Assembly (NCBI GenBank): GCA_947467605.1
Contig: CANIII010000011.1
Coordinates: forward strand, 54,172-118,171
Reading direction: 5' to 3'
DNA from: Acidobacteriota bacterium
GTDB taxonomy: Bacteria > Acidobacteriota > Vicinamibacteria > Vicinamibacterales > SCN-69-37
DNA length: 64,000 nt
Shown piece by piece: positions 62,578-64,000 of the stretch (its first letter is position 1; each line of letters starts with the position of its first letter). A program made the translations under genes and the position numbers. The notes under the pieces are model-generated. The model saw only the letters and a list, made by a program, of their open reading frames with translations. It searched no databases and had not been told where the DNA came from.

Positions 62578-62682
62578 GCGGCTGACACTGTATCAGGTAG
62601 GTCTGCCGGGTGGCAGCCGTTCCCACCTGCGGCCGTTGCCACATGGTGCGCCTCTGGTAGACTTCGCGCCGGAGCTCCCTGA

Positions 62683-63123
62683 ATGCCCGACATTGTGCAC
62701 CGTGTAGGTATCGCGGCCCCGGTTGACGCCGTCTATGAAGCGCTCTCCACGACCGAGGGCCTGTCGCATTGGTGGATTACCGGCGCATCCGGTAGCCCAA
62801 GACTCGGCGGCATCATGCACTTCCGCAACGGGGGCAGTCACTTCGACATGCAGGTCGCGGACTTCCAAGTGCACAAGATGGTGCAGTGGAAATGCATCGG
62901 TGGTCCGCCCGAGTGGATCGGTACCGAGATCACCTTTCGCCTCGACACGCGCCCCGAACAGACCATGGTGATGTTCTCGCACGCGGGATGGAAAGAACCG
63001 GTTGAGTTCATGCACCACTGCAGCACGAAGTGGGCGACGTTCCTCCTCAGCCTCAAAGGCTGGCTCGAGCGCAGCGAAGGCCGCCCGGTGCCGTACGACA
63101 TGAAGATTCATGTCGGTGACTAG
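62683..63123 (+). CDS. SRPBCC superfamily protein (Aha1/START-like)
   Basis: A 146-aa ORF. The sequence IVHRVGIAAPVDAVYEALSTTEGLSHWW... is typical of AHSA1-domain bacterial proteins. Confidence 0.8.
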   Translation: MPDIVHRVGIAAPVDAVYEALSTTEGLSHWWITGASGSPRLGGIMHFRNGGSHFDMQVADFQVHKMVQWKCIGGPPEWIGTEITFRLDTRPEQTMVMFSHAGWKEPVEFMHHCSTKWATFLLSLKGWLERSEGRPVPYDMKIHVGD

Positions 63124-63244
63124 CGAGGCTGCGCGTCGCAGAAATTGCCACATTTGACAATCCGCCATATCGCAAAAACTGCGACTGTTGGATTGCTCGC
63201 TCTATGAGCGTCGGCTGGCATGGATCTTTCATTGGAACGGGGCG

Positions 63245-63454
63245 ATGGCCAGCGCCTCTGAAGTCAAGACGCCTAAGGAGCGCATCGAGGATGCTCTTCG
63301 AGAGATCGGCACGCTGCTGATGACATTTGCTCCCCTCGACGCAGCTCTCAATCGAGACGCCAACGTGTTGAGTCTCTTGATTTTCTTCGCTATTGGCGTC
63401 ATCGTCTTTCTCATAGCGCTCAGACTGGAGAGGAGTCGACGTGAGAGTAAATGA
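63245..63454 (+). CDS. Small single-pass membrane protein (69 aa), hypothetical
   Basis: Based on ORF 63188..63454 (TTG start in the track). I prefer ATG 63245. It has one TM segment (VLSLLIFFAIGVIVFLIAL) followed by basic residues. It lies in a lower-GC patch. Confidence 0.4.
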   Translation: MASASEVKTPKERIEDALREIGTLLMTFAPLDAALNRDANVLSLLIFFAIGVIVFLIALRLERSRRESK

Positions 63455-63455
63455 A

Positions 63456-63536
63456 ATGGTTGGCTTCGGCGGGATTCTGGTTATTGCCTTGATCGGCTAC
63501 CTGTACGCTCGCTACTCGAAAGACGCCCAGAAGTAG
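63456..63536 (+). CDS. Possible 26-aa membrane micro-ORF
   Basis: My own translation gives MVGFGGILVIALIGYLYARYSKDAQK. It starts 2 nt after the stop of the preceding small ORF and is too short to appear in the ORF track. Confidence 0.2.
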   Translation: MVGFGGILVIALIGYLYARYSKDAQK

Positions 63537-63713
63537 TGTCTCTGCGCGCTGAGCAACTCATCCGAGACCTCGGCCTCCAGCCGCATCCAGAAGGCGGCTG
63601 GTACTCGGAGCGGGCCAGGATTCGAATTCGCCGACTTCGCAATGCTGAGCGACGACGGCGCGCTCGCTGAAGCGTTCCTAGAGAAGTGCCCTCAGCGCAT
63701 GGAACTCGTCTAG
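63536..63713 (+). pseudogene. Internally deleted remnant of a DUF985 cupin gene
   Basis: The frame from GTG 63536 encodes SLRAEQLIRDLGLQPHPEGGWYSE, the characteristic DUF985 N-terminus. From 63615, in a different frame, the sequence encodes PGFEFADFAMLSDDGALAEAFLEKCPQRMELV-stop, the characteristic DUF985 C-terminus. About 100 codons between the two parts are missing. Confidence 0.5.
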
Positions 63714-63715
63714 AC

Positions 63716-64000
63716 ATGACCTCCGACCTCGTTGCCCTGCGCAACCGGCTTCGCGCATTTGCCGCCGAACGTGACTGGGACCAGTTTCATTCGCCCAAGA
63801 ATCTGTCGGCCGCGTTGAGCGTTGAAGCGGCAGAGTTGCTCGAACACTTTCAGTGGTTGAAGGAAGACGAGTCGTTCGCGCTCTCGCCGGAGAAACGCGC
63901 GAAGGTCGCCGAAGAGATCGCCGATGTGCTGCTGTACCTCGTGCGCATCGCCGACAAACTCGACATCGACGTGCTCGACGCCGCGCTGAAGAAGATCGAG
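63716..64000 (+). CDS. MazG-like nucleotide pyrophosphohydrolase; the 3' end runs off the window
   Basis: My own translation from ATG 63716 gives MTSDLVALRNRLRAFAAERDWDQFHSPKNLSAALSVEAAELLEHFQW...AEEIADVLLYLVRIADKLDIDV. This carries the EExxE...EIADV MazG motifs. The frame stays open to the window edge. Confidence 0.8.
   Translation, partial: MTSDLVALRNRLRAFAAERDWDQFHSPKNLSAALSVEAAELLEHFQWLKEDESFALSPEKRAKVAEEIADVLLYLVRIADKLDIDVLDAALKKIE

Noticed and set aside
1-64000. I looked for rRNA, tRNA, tmRNA, integrase, transposase and phage genes, and for toxin-antitoxin or known defence systems.
   Set aside because: I recognised none in any frame. Intergenic spaces are mostly under 120 bp and are accounted for by the features listed. 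Without covariance-model tools I cannot exclude a small ncRNA.

Overview
This is a high-GC (about two-thirds G+C by eye), gene-dense bacterial chromosomal segment with roughly 50 CDS on both strands. I saw no rRNA, tRNA, CRISPR array, transposase or phage genes. The gene content looks Acidobacteriota-like, which is an inference: a CarboxypepD_reg-type TonB receptor, many VWFA-related secreted proteins, a PSCyt-type remnant and TPR-tailed membrane enzymes.

Left third (1-32.6 kb): a mixed set of genes.
- a porin-CYTH-DASS anion operon and a nitrilase
- a BlaI/BlaR1-type sensor pair with candidate operators
- two tandem Na+/solute symporters, an ABC-F ATPase, a VIT1 transporter and an EAL-HDOD protein
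- a type IIA topoisomerase B subunit, a GH3-PA14 beta-glucosidase and a gamma-glutamyltransferase

Centre (32.8-56.0 kb): a 23-kb block of 12 genes from only four families.
- six secreted VWA-type proteins
- two sulfatase-fold+TPR proteins
- three GT-C-like membrane+TPR proteins
- one TonB-type outer-membrane receptor

I propose this block as an uncharacterised envelope system.

Right end: ychF, a BNR propeller protein, an OMP, a MATE exporter, an SRPBCC protein and a MazG-like protein.

The most striking non-coding signal is a family of 128-164 bp long-palindrome repeats with an identical 28-nt core. There are three full copies and one collapsed copy. Each full copy lies between the stop codons of a convergent gene pair (A and C fill the gap exactly). 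The other six convergent pairs abut within 0-4 nt.

Three independent gene-decay or rearrangement scars are also visible: a PSCyt remnant fused to a duplicated gene tail, a head-to-head truncated CarboxypepD_reg/dienelactone-hydrolase pair, and an internally deleted DUF985 cupin.

All family assignments come from motif recognition by eye. No searches were run.
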